DNA of 64,000 bases from Eledone cirrhosa (GCA_964016885.1 OZ024740.1:319734001-319798000), one strand, 5' to 3'. Counted from the first letter of the stretch, positions 27,001 to 38,681 are shown. The notes: generated from the sequence alone by a model not told the origin. A program made the numbers and translations.

Positions 27001-30000
27001 AGTGACGGCGGTGAGTGTGGTGGTGTTGATGGCAGTGACGGCGGTGATTGAGGTGGTGTTGATGGCAGTGACGGCGGTGACTGTGGTGGTGTTCATGGCA
27101 GTGACGGCGGTGAGTGTGGTGGCGTTGATGGCAGTGACGGCGGTGACTGTGGTGGTGTTGATGGCAGTGACGGCAGTGACTGTGGTGGTGTTGATCGCAG
27201 TGACGGCGGTGAGTGTGGTGGTGTTGATGGCAGTGACGGCGGTGACTGTGGTGGTGTTGATGTCAGTGACGGCGGTGAGTGTGGTGGTGTTGATGGCAGT
27301 GACGGCGGTGAGTGTGGTGGCGTTGATGGCAGTGACGGCGGTGACTGTGGTGGTTTTGATGGCAGTGACGGCGGTGACGGTGGTGGTGTTGATGGCAGTG
27401 ACGGCGGTGACTGTGGTGGTGTTGATGGCAGTGACGGCGGTGACTGTGGTGGTGTTGATCGCAGTGACGGCGGTGAGTGTGGTGGTTTTGATGGCAGTGA
27501 CGGCGGTGACTGTGGTGGTGTTGATGGCAGTGACTACGGTGAGTGTGGTGGCGTTGATGGCGGTGACGGCGGTGACTGTGGTGGTGTTGATGGCAGTGAC
27601 GGCGGTGACTGTGGTGGTGTTGATGGCAGTGACGGCGCTGACTGTGGTGGTGTTGATGGCAGTGACGGCGGTGAGTGTGGTGGTGTTGATGGCAGTGACG
27701 GCGGTGACTGTGGTGGTGTTGATCGCAGTGACGGCGGTGAGTGTGGTGGTGTTGATCGCAATGACGGCGTTGACTGTGATGGTGTTGATGGCAGTGACGA
27801 CGGTGAGTGTGGTGGTGTTGATGGCAGTGACGGCGGTGACTGTGGTGGTGTTGATGGCAGTGACGGTGGTGACTGTGGTGGTGTTGATGGCAGTGACGGC
27901 GGTGAGTGTGGTGGTGTTGATGTCAGTGACGGCGGTGAGTGGGGTGGTGTTGATGTCAGTGACGGCGGTGACTGTGTTGGTGTTGATGGCAGTGACGGCG
28001 GTGAGTGTGGTGGTGTTGATCGCAGTGACGGCGGTGAGTGTGGTGGTGTTTATCGCAGTGACGGCGGTGACTGTGGTGGTTTGATCGCAGTGACGGCGGT
28101 GAGTGTGGTGGTGTTGATGGCAGTGACGGCGGTGAGTGTGGTGGTGTTGATGGCAGTGACGTCGGTGACTGTGGTGGTGTTGATCGCAGTGACGGCGGTG
28201 AGTGTGGTGGTGTTGATGGCAGTGACGGCGGTGAGTGTTGTGGTGTTAATGGCAATGACGGCGGTGACTGTGGTGGTGTTGATGGCAGTGACGGCGGTGA
28301 CTGTGGTGGTGTTGATGGCAGTGACGGCGGTGACTGTGGTGGTGTTGATGGCAGTGACGGCGGTGACTGTGGTGGTGTTGATGGCAGTGACGGCGGTGAG
28401 TGTGGTAGTGTTGATGGCAGTGACGGCGGTGACTGTGGTGGTGTTGATGACAGTGACGGCGGTGAGTGTGGTGGTGTTGATGGCAGTGACGGCGGTGAGT
28501 GTGGTGGTGTTGATGGCAGTGACGGCGGTGACTGTGGTGGTGTTGATGGCAGTGACGGCGGTGACTGTGGTGGTGTTGATCGCAGTGAGCGCGGTGATTG
28601 TGGTGGTGTTGATCGCAGTGACGGCGGTGAGTGTGGTGGTGTTGATGGCAGTGACGGCGGTGAGTGTGGTGGTGTTGATGGCAGTGACGGCGGTGACTGT
28701 GGTGGTGTTGATGGCAGTGACGGCGGTGACTGTGGTGGTGTTGATGGCAGTGACGGCGGTGACTGTAGTGGTGTTGATCGCAGTGACGGCGGTGACTGTG
28801 GTGGTGTTGATCGCAGTGACGGCGGTGAGTGTGGTGGTGTTGATGGCAGTGACGGCGTTGAGTGTGGTGGTGTTGATGGCAGTGACGTCGGTGACTGTGG
28901 TGGTGTTGATCGCAGTGACGGCGGTGAGTGTGGTGGTGTTGATGGCAGTGACGGCGGTGAGTGTTGTGGTGTTAATGGCAATGACGGCGGTGACTGTGGT
29001 GGTGTTGATGGCAGTGACGGCGGTGACTGTGGTGGTGTTGATGGCAGTGACGGCGGTGACTGTGGTGGTGTTGATGGCAGTGACGGCGGTGACTGTGGTG
29101 GTGTTGATGGCAGTGACGGCGGTGAGTGTGGTAGTGTTGATGGCAGTGACGGCGGTGACTGTGGTGGTGTTGATGGCAGTGACGGCGGTGAGTGTGTTGG
29201 TGTTGATGGCAGTGACGGCGGTGAGTGTGGTGGTGTTGATGGCATTGACGGCGGTGACTGTGGTGGTGTTGATGGCAGTGACGGCGGTGACTGTGGTGGT
29301 GTTGATCGCAGTGACGGCGGTGATTGTGGTGGTGTTGATCGCAGTGACGGCGGTGAGTGTGGTGGTGTTGATGGCAGTGACGGCGGTGAGTGTGGTGGTG
29401 TTGATGGCAGCGACGGCGGTGAGTGTGGTAGTATTGATGGCAGTGACGGCGGTGACTATGGTGGTGTTGATGGCAGTGACGTCGGTGAGTGTGGTGGTGT
29501 TGATGGCAGTGACGGCGGTGAGTGTGGTGGTGTTGATCGCAGTGACGGCGGTGAGTGTGGTGGTGTTGATGGCAGTGACGGCGGTGAGTGTGGTGGTGTT
29601 GATCGCAGTGACGGCGGTGAGTGTGGTGGTGTTGATGGCAGTGACGGTGGTGACTGTGGTGGTGTTGATGGCAGTGACGGCGGTGACTGTGGTGGTGTTG
29701 ATGGCAGTGACGGCGGTGAGTGTGGTGGTGTTGATCGCAGTGACGGCGGTGAGTGTGGTGGTGTTGATGGCAGTGACGGCGGTGACTGTGGTTGTGTTGA
29801 TGGCAGTGATGGCGGTGACTGTGGTGGTGTTGATGGCAGTGACGGCGGTGACTGTGGTGGTGTTGATGGCAGTGACGGCGGTGAGTGTGGTGGTGTTGAT
29901 GGCAGTGACGGCGGTGACTGTGGTTGTGTTGATGGCAGTGACGGCGGTGAGTGTGGTGGTGTTGATGGCAGTGACGGCGGTGAGTGTGGTGGTGTTGATG

Positions 30001-32030
30001 GCAGTGACGGCGGTGACTGTGGTGTTGTTGATGGCAGTGACGGCGGTGAGTGTGGTGGTGTTTGTCGCAGTGACGGCGGTGACTGTGGTGGTGTTGATGG
30101 CAGTGACGGTGGTGAGTGTGGTGGTGTTGATCGCAGTGACGGCGGTGAGTGTGGTGGTGTTGATGGCAGTGACGGCGGTGACTGTGGTGGTGTTGATGGC
30201 AGTGACGGCGGTGACTGTGGTGGTGTTGACGGCAGTGACGGCGGTGACTGTGGTGGTGTTGATGGCAGAGACGGCGGTGAGTGTGGTGGTGTTGATGGCA
30301 GTGACGGCGGTGACTGTGGTGGTGTTGATGGCAGTGACGGCGGTGAGTGTGGTGGTGTTGATGGCAGTGACGGCGGTGAGTGTGGTGTTGTTGATGGCAG
30401 TGACGGCGGTGAGTGTGGTGGTGTTGATGGCAGTGACGGCGGTGACTGTGGTGGTGTTGATGGCAGTGACGGCGGTGAGTCTGGTGGTGTTGATGGCAGT
30501 GACGGCGGTGACTGTGGTGGTGTTGATGGCAGTGACGGCGGTGAGTGGGGTGGTGTTGGTCGCAGTGACGGCGGTGACTGTGGTGGTGTTGATGGCAGTG
30601 ACGCCGGTGACTGTGGTGGTGTTGATGGCAGTGACGGCGGTGACTGTGGTGGTGTTGATGGCAGTGACGGCGGTGAGTGGGGTGGTGTTGGTCGCAGTGA
30701 CGGCGGTGACTGTGGTGGTGTTGATGGCAGTGACGGCGGTGACTGTGGTGGTGTTGATGGCAGTGACGGCGGTGAGTGTGGTGGTGTTGATGGCAGTGAC
30801 GGCGGTGAGTGGGGTGGTGTTGGTCGCAGTGACGGCGGTGACTGTGGTGGTGTTGATGGCAGTGACGGCGGTGAGTGTGGTGGTGTTGATGGCAGTGACG
30901 CCGGTGACTGTGGTGGTGTTGATGGCAGTGACGGCGGTGACTGTGGTGGTGTTGATGGCAGTGACGGCGGTGACTGTGATGGTGTTGGTCGCAGTGACAG
31001 CAGTGAGTGTGGTGGTGTTGATGGCAGTGACGGCGGTGAGTGTGGTGGTGTTGATGGCAGTGACGGCGGTGAGTGTGGTGGTGTTGATGGCAGTGACGGC
31101 GGTGACTGTGGTGGTGTTGATGGCAGTGACGGTGGTGACTGTGGTGGTGTTGATGGCAGTGACGGCGGTGAGTGTGGTGGTGTTGATGGCAGTGACGGCA
31201 GTGAGTGTGGTGGTGTTGATGTCAGTGACGGCGGTGACTGTGGTGGTGTTGATGGCAGCGACGGCGGCGACTGTGGTGGCGTTGACGGCAGCGACGGCGC
31301 TGATTGTGGTGGCGTTGACGGCAGTGACGGTGGTGACTGTGGTGGCGTTGACGGCAGCGACGGCGTTGTGTAATTTGGCGTTGACGGCAACGACGGCGGT
31401 GACTGTGGTGGCGTTGATGGCAGCGACGGCGGTGACTGTGGTGGCGTTGCCAGCAGCGTCGATGTTGACTGTGGTAGCGTTGACGGCAGTGACGGTGGTG
31501 TTTGTGGTGGCGTTACGGCAGTTACATTGCTGCTTGTGGTGGCATTGACGGCAGCGACGGCGGTGATTCTGGTAGCGTTGATGGCAGTGACGGCGGTGTT
31601 TGTGGTGGCGTTGACTGCAGAGACGGCGGTGACGGTGGTGGCGTTGACGGCAGCGACGGCGGTGACTGTGGTAGCGTTGATGGCAGTGACGGCGGTGTTT
31701 GTGGTGGCATTGACTGCAGTGACGGCGGTGACGGTCGTGGCGTTGACGGCAGCGACGGCGGTGACTCGGTAGCGTTGATCGCAGTGACGGCGGTGTTTGT
31801 GGTGGCGTTGACTGCAGTGACGGCGGTGACGGTGGTGGCCATGACGGCAGCGATGGCGCTGACTGTGGTGGGGTTGACGGCAGCGACGGCGGTGTCTGTG
31901 GTGGCGTTGATGGCAGTGACGGCGGTGACTGTGGTAGCGTTGACGGCAATGACGGCGGTGTTTGTGGTGGCGTTGAGGGCAGCGACGGCGGTGACTGTGG
32001 TGGCGTTGACGGCAGCGACGGCGACGGTGT
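1..32030. repeat. 33-bp tandem satellite/minisatellite array (~970 monomers, truncated by window start)
   Basis: Continuous repetition of GGCAGTGACGGCGGTGA[C/G]TGTGGTGGTGTTGAT (16 G, 4 C, 4 A, 9 T in the GAC form). Homogeneous to ~31250, then diverged monomers to ~32030. Confidence 0.99.
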
Positions 32031-32199
32031 TGTATGTAGGTGTATTGATAGAGAAGTGACTGGTGTCAGTTTGCCGGCGGTGACAAGCTGACTTAACACC
32101 GGTGGATGACACCCACTTTAAACATGTTAACGCCTTTTTAGTAACATATCTTCTGTTAACTGGGCGGTAATGGCGGTAATGGCGGTAATGGCCTTCCAC
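1..32199 (-). CDS. Possible giant Thr-rich mucin-like repeat exon (INTTT[V/L]TAVTA)n; coding status unproven
   Basis: The minus-strand Thr frame has no stop across the array apart from a few 1-2 nt indels (~485, ~787, ~9735, ~28080, ~31530, ~31765). Many recurrent variants are synonymous in this frame. No signal peptide, splice sites or non-repeat domain were identified. Confidence 0.25.
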
Positions 32200-32204
32200 T
32201 GAGG

Positions 32205-33598
32205 ATGTTTGACTGTGGTGGTGGTGGTTGTCGTGGCTGTGATTGTGGTGGTGGCTGTGGTGGTAGTGGTGGTGGCGGTGGAGGGGTAATGTTAGTGGTA
32301 GTTATGGTGGTGCTGGTGGTGGCTGTGGTTGCGGTGGTGTGGGTTGGGGTGGGGGTCTTAGGGGTGGTGATGGTGGAGGGGCAATGTTAGTGGTAGTGCT
32401 GGTGGTGGTGGTGGTGTGGTTGATGGAGGTTGTGGTGGTGGCTGTGGTTTTCGTGGTTGTTTTTGGTGGCGGAAGTGGTGGTGGTGGTGGCTGTGGCGAT
32501 GGTGGTTATGGTGGTGCTAGTGGTAGTGGTGGTGGGGGTGGGGGGGGTGTTATTGGTAGTGATGGTGGTGGTGTGGGTGATGGTGGGGGTGGGGTTGATG
32601 GTGGTTGTGGTGGTGGTTGTGGTGGAGGGGTAATGTTAGTGGTAGTGATGGTGGTGGTGGTGATGGTGTTGTTGGTTGTGGTGGTGGTGGGATTGATGGA
32701 GGTCGTGGTGGTGGTGTTGATGGTGGTGGTGTTAGTGGTGGTGGAGGGGCAATGTTAGTGGTGGTGGTGATGGTGTTGTTAGTGGTGGTGGTTGTGGTGG
32801 TGGTGGGCTTGATGGAGGCTGTGGTGGTGTAGGTGGTGGTGGTGGTGGTGATGGTGGTGGTGGAGGGGTAATGTTAGTGGTAGTGGTGATGGTGTTGTTG
32901 TTGGTGGTTGTGTTGATGGAGGTGGTTGTGGTGGTGTTGGTGGTGGTGGTGGTGATAGTGGTGGTGGTGGTGGTGGTGGAAGGGTAATGTTAGTGGTAGT
33001 GGTGATGGTGTTGTTGTTGGTGGTTGTGTTGATGGAGGTGGCTGTGGTGGTGTTGGTGGTGGTGGTGGTGATAGTGGTGGTGGTGGTGGTGATGGTGGTG
33101 GTGGAGGGGTAATGTTAGTGGTAGTGGTGATGGTGTTGTTGTTGGTGGTTGTGTTGATGGAGGTGGCTGTGGTGGTGTTGGTGTTGGTGGAGGTGATAGT
33201 GGTGGTGGTGGTGGTGGAGGGGTAATGTTAGTGGTAGTGGTGGTGGTGATGGTGTTATTGTTGGTGGTTGTGTTGATGGAGGTGGCTGTGGTGGTGTTGG
33301 TGTTGGTGGAGGTGATAGTGGTGGTGGTGGTGGTGGTGGAGGGGTAATGTTAGTGGTAGTGGTGGTGGTGATGGTGTTATTGTTGGTGGTTGTGTTGATG
33401 GAGGTGGTTGTGGTGGTGTTGGTGGTGGTGGTGGCGGCGGTTGTGGTTGTGGCGGTTGTGGTGGTGGTGGTCGTCGTCGTCGTGGTGTTTTTTATTGTTG
33501 TCGGTGGTGGTGGTGGAAGTGGTGGAGGTGGTGGAGGTGAAGGTGATGGTGTTAATGGTGGTTGTAGTGGTGGTGGTGGTGGTGGTGGTGGTGGTGGT
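32205..33598. repeat. Degenerate (GGT)n low-complexity tract containing a ~113-125 bp minisatellite
   Basis: GGT-derived triplets. The motif GGGTAATGTTAGTGGTAG recurs at ~32868, 32984, 33109, 33222 and 33344 (spacings 116, 125, 113, 122). Confidence 0.9.
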
Positions 33599-34066
33599 AT
33601 GTATTTATGTATGTGAGTGTATATATGTACGTATGTGAGCGTGTGTGTGTATATTTACCTGTATGTGTGTGTATGTATGCATACATAAATGTATGTGTGT
33701 ATGTTGTTGATGGATAGATGGATGGATGAAAGTTTGTGTGTATTTATATTATGTGTATGTATGTTTGTGTGTGTGTATGTATTTGTGTATGCATGCATGT
33801 ATGTATTTTTGTGTGAATCTATATATAAGTGTATGGGTGTATATAAGTATGGATGTATGCAACCATGTGTGCAATTATATATGCGTGTATGTTTGTCCTT
33901 TTCTATGTATATGCATATATGTATGTTTCTATGTATCTATGCATGTGTATGTATGTGCATATGTATGTAAATATATGTTCATACGTGGATATATGTATAT
34001 ATGCATGCATGTTTATATGAGTGTGTGTGTATTTATGAATATGTATGCCTGTGTGTGTATGTATGC

Positions 34067-34099
<33 letters not shown>

Positions 34100-34216
34100 T
34101 GTTTGCATGTAAATATGTATGTATGTATGTATGTATGTTTGTATGTAAATATGTATGTATGTATGTATGTATGTATGTTTGTATGTAAATATGTATGTAT
34201 GTATGTATGTATGTAA

Positions 34217-34247
<31 letters not shown>

Positions 34248-34415
34248 TGTATGTATGTATGTATGTTTGCATGTAAATATGTATGTATGTATGTATGTAT
34301 GTTTGCATGTAAATATGTATGTATGTATGTATGTATGTTTGCATGTAAATATGTATGTATGTATGTATGTATGTTTGCATGTAAATATGTATGTATGTAT
34401 TAATGCATGCATGTA
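33599..34415. repeat. (TATG)n/(TG)n microsatellite with secondary GTTTGCATGTAAAT-punctuated units
   Basis: Direct reading of the sequence. Confidence 0.95.
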
Positions 34416-34419
34416 TAAG

Positions 34420-34482
34420 TCTCTTTTATTCTTTTACCTGTTCCAGCCATCCGGCTGAGGCCATGCTGGGGCACCGCCCTTG
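34420..34482. mobile_element. SINE fragment
   Basis: TTTTATTCTTTTACCTGTTCCAGCCATCCGGCTGAGGCCATGCTGGGGCACCGCC resembles a common octopus SINE segment (from recall). Confidence 0.45.
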
Positions 34483-34659
34483 TTGCTACACATGGTGTAA
34501 GAGGGAATTCGTTGCTGGCGCCTTTAGGTTACCTTCGTACCGTACTGTAAGTTCATCCGCAATCCTGGATAGCAGGGTGTGTATGTAACTATTTATGTGC
34601 TTATGTATATATATATATATGTCTATGTATGAATAGGCGCACATATTTACGTATGTTTT

Positions 34660-34760
34660 TCTGTGGTTAAGAAGATCGTTCTACAACCACGTGTCTCCGG
34701 GTTCAACTCCAATGCGTGGCTACTTGGGCTTGTGTCCACTCCCATAGTTCCTGCTTAATG
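34660..34760 (+). mobile_element. tRNA-derived SINE head (degenerate)
   Basis: A-box-like TGTGGTTAAGAAG and B-box GGGTTCAACTCC, followed by GCGTGGCTACTTGGGC. Confidence 0.55.
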
Positions 34761-34805
34761 TACAGAATATAATGTACTTTATATATACAGAACAGGCTTA
34801 GAAGA

Positions 34806-34848
<43 letters not shown>

Positions 34849-34855
34849 TGCGCGA

Positions 34856-34886
<31 letters not shown>

Positions 34887-35314
34887 CATACATATACATA
34901 TCTCTATATATCTATATATATGTATATATACACACACATATATATATATAGTTGATAAATGAAACAAAAAACAAACACAAGAATGCAAAAATACATAGTT
35001 GTATTCGTTTCACGCTTGGAGGAAATATATTTATATATAATCTGCCCGGTCTTGGCACCCCAAACTTTCTATATACGATATATTATATTTTAAATATACA
35101 TTATACATATTCTATATTATATATATTATATATATTATATATATTATATATATTATATATATTATATATATTATATATTATACATATTATATATCATAAA
35201 TATTATGTTATATATATTATACATATATATTATATATATTAGATATATTATTTATTATATATGTTATACATATTATATATTATATATTATATATATTATA
35301 TATGTTACATATAT

Positions 35315-35450
35315 GCTTAAGGGTTTCGTTTCACAAACACGCAGTCTGTGGTTCAGTGTACAGCAGGGCACCTTGACCAAATGTCTTCAACTGTAGCTCC
35401 GGGGCGTGTATGATATTTGCTTGACGGAAACTGCGTGGACGGCTGTCACA
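35315..35450 (+). mobile_element. tRNA-derived SINE fragment
   Basis: GGTTCAGTGTACAGCAGGGCACCTTGACCAAATGTCTTC...GACGGAAACTGCGTGGA; same family as the 34660 copy. Confidence 0.5.
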
Positions 35451-35536
35451 TGTGTGTGTGTGAGTGCGTGTATAAATTCACAATCTTGTCTTAATGTTCA
35501 CACACACACACATGCGCACGCGCGCATACACACACA

Positions 35537-35630
<94 letters not shown>

Positions 35631-35765
35631 AATGATGCATATATATATAATGAAATACCTATGACCGTTGGTAAATCACTGATGAGGGACTCATTTTATA
35701 ACATGTTATCCATGTGCAACCATGCAGTATTCTTCTCCCCATTTTTTCATATATATATATATATA

Positions 35766-36072
<307 letters not shown>

Positions 36073-36107
36073 CAAAATAGTGAATGACATATATAACTTT
36101 GAATGTA

Positions 36108-36140
<33 letters not shown>

Positions 36141-36149
36141 CGCGCGTGT

Positions 36150-36206
<57 letters not shown>

Positions 36207-36392
36207 TGAGTGTTTACTCTTGTTTTATGTCCCGTAATATAATATTTCGACAAAAATAAACCTATCGCTACAAAGTATACCAGACTTGAAAAACAAACAA
36301 TACTGTTGTCGATATGATTGACTAAATATACATACGTTCACTCACACAGATACAAATACATACTCACATATATATAAAAACACACACACACG

Positions 36393-36429
<37 letters not shown>

Positions 36430-36614
36430 GAAGGCGTGTGGCTGAGATTGTGAGTTCAATTCCTGGACCGGGCGATGCGTTATGTCCTTGAGCAAGACAC
36501 TTTATTTCACGTTGCTCCTTCTACCTGGAGTTGCGACCGATAGATAGTATTAGGAACTGGAAAGACCGACGAAAACATTGCTTCCTCGGTCCGATTTGAC
36601 GAAAGTCGATCGAT

Positions 36615-36620
<6 letters not shown>
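36430..36620 (+). mobile_element. tRNA-derived SINE fragment
   Basis: GGCGTGTGGCT...GAGTTCAATTCC...GTCCTTGAGCAAGACACTTTATTTCACGTTGCTC, shared with the 48100 copy. Confidence 0.6.
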
Positions 36621-36660
<40 letters not shown>

Positions 36661-36751
36661 TGGAAAAATTTGAACAGGGACAAAACAGAGAGGCAGTACA
36701 ACGAATGTTTATTAATTTCACGCTCTGGAGAGTGGGGTGTTGGTGGGGGAC

Positions 36752-36779
36752 GACGTTTCGGGCATAAGCCCTTCCTCAG
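36752..36779 (-). ncRNA. Minimal type I hammerhead ribozyme core (Penelope-associated type)
   Basis: Reverse complement reads CUGAGGA-A-GGGC-UUAU-GCCC-GAAA-CGUC: both conserved boxes, a 4-bp stem II and a GUC cleavage triplet. It lies in a ~130-bp island flanked by (TA)n. Confidence 0.65.
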
Positions 36780-36791
36780 GTGAGAAGTGTG

Positions 36792-36823
<32 letters not shown>

Positions 36824-36844
36824 TTCTCTCTCTTTATATACATA

Positions 36845-36995
36845 CTGCCGCAGTCTTCTGCAGTTTCCCTTTACCAAACTCTACTCCCAAGGCCTTGGTC
36901 ACCCGAGCATATAAAGAAGATACTTGCTGAACTGGGCTTGAACCCAGAATCTCGCGGTTGCGAAGCGAGACCCTTAATCACTCAGAAACGCTTGC
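36845..36995 (-). mobile_element. tRNA-derived SINE fragment
   Basis: Plus strand shows GGGCTTGAACCCAGAATCTCGCGGTTGCGAAGCGAGACCCTTAATCACTCAG, the reverse of a tRNA-like head. Confidence 0.5.
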
Positions 36996-37129
36996 GTCTG
37001 TGTATGTCATATCTATATGTTTATCTGCTTATATCTGTTTATATACGTATATATGTATGTGTACACACAAACACACGCACACACAAACACACGCACACAC
37101 TTGTGTGGTGAGCGCTAGTACATGTGTGA

Positions 37130-37160
<31 letters not shown>

Positions 37161-37166
37161 TAATAC

Positions 37167-37265
<99 letters not shown>

Positions 37266-37378
37266 GGAGGGGGGGAGGGGGGGTAGAGAGAAAGAGAGAG
37301 ATATACATGTATATATATATGCCCATACACGCACACACAGATATATGTATAAATACATATATATATATATATATATAT

Positions 37379-37524
37379 GAAAAAGTATGACCCCGACGGC
37401 AGAGCTCAAATAGCCGTCGAAACGGCTTGAGCTCTGCCGTCGGAGTCATACTTTTTCCTATTACCCTAAGTATTGAGTACTCTGGTGCGTTATGGTTCAT
37501 CTGGTTCCTACCACAACTCCTTCG

Positions 37525-37527
<3 letters not shown>
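37379..37527 (-). mobile_element. Second copy of the palindrome-ended (TA)n-embedded element
   Basis: Hairpin at 37379-37457. The reverse complement aligns with 35766-35926 (TAACGAAGGA...GGAACCAGATG.ACCATAACGCA...AGTACTCAATACTTAGGGTA). Confidence 0.65.
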
Positions 37528-37618
<91 letters not shown>

Positions 37619-37654
37619 AAGTATATATATTTATATATATATATAAATGAAAGG

Positions 37655-37757
<103 letters not shown>

Positions 37758-37785
37758 GTATATATATTTATATATATATATAAAT

Positions 37786-37819
<34 letters not shown>

Positions 37820-38117
37820 GCCAGACAGATAAATATAGATTGGCGTTGCAAGCCTAGACATACACACTTACATAAGTACAGACATATACATATAAGCTTA
37901 CATTATTAAACGTAATTATAGACACATATACATGTGTGTATATATATATATATGGTGGGGGTGAGAATGTCTGTGTAAAGCTGTGTGTGTGAATGTGTGT
38001 CTGTGTCAGTGTGTCTATATGTTTGAATGTGCCTCCGTGTCTGTCTATGTATTTGTCTGCCTACAGATAAATTTAAGGAGAGGTCGAACTGTTTAAAAGT
38101 ACTTTATAGACGGAAAG

Positions 38118-38316
38118 TAGTGTGGTGGTATGGTGGTATGGTGGTATGGTGGTGTGGTGGTGTGGTGGTGTGGTGGTATGGTGGTGTGGTGGTGTGGTGG
38201 TGTGGTGGTATGGTGGTGTGGTGGTATGGTGGTATGGTGGTATGGTGGTGTGGTGGTGTGGTGGTGTGGTGGTATGGTGGTGTGGTGGTGTGGTGGTATG
38301 GTGGTATGGTGGTGTG
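38118..38316. repeat. 8-bp minisatellite GGTGGT[A/G]T
   Basis: About 25 copies mixing GGTGGTAT and GGTGGTGT. Confidence 0.9.
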
Positions 38317-38391
38317 GAGGCGGGCTAGAGGGGAGGAAGAGAGGCGTGAGAGGATGAAACAGACTGAAGAGACAGTAAAAAGTGAGACAAG

Positions 38392-38438
<47 letters not shown>

Positions 38439-38468
38439 TATACATATAGATAATAAATGTATATACAT

Positions 38469-38586
<118 letters not shown>

Positions 38587-38587
38587 G

Positions 38588-38681
<94 letters not shown>

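Noticed and set aside
2825-31390. Extensin-like (PSTPPQSPPSL)n and His-rich (HHHSHRRHCHQ)n minus-strand ORFs
   Set aside because: Repeatedly interrupted by stop-creating variants that are themselves propagated in duplicated blocks.
4-31548. Giant plus-strand ORFs (MAVTAVTVVVL)n and (DGSDGGDCGGV)n
   Set aside because: By-products of a 33-bp repeat. The Val frame would be an implausible continuous hydrophobic polymer, the Gly/Asp/Cys frame is broken by TGA variants, and the ORFs swap frames at indels.
1-33598. Telomeric repeat
   Set aside because: G/T-rich, but there is no TTAGGG-type short unit. A subtelomeric position cannot be judged from this window.
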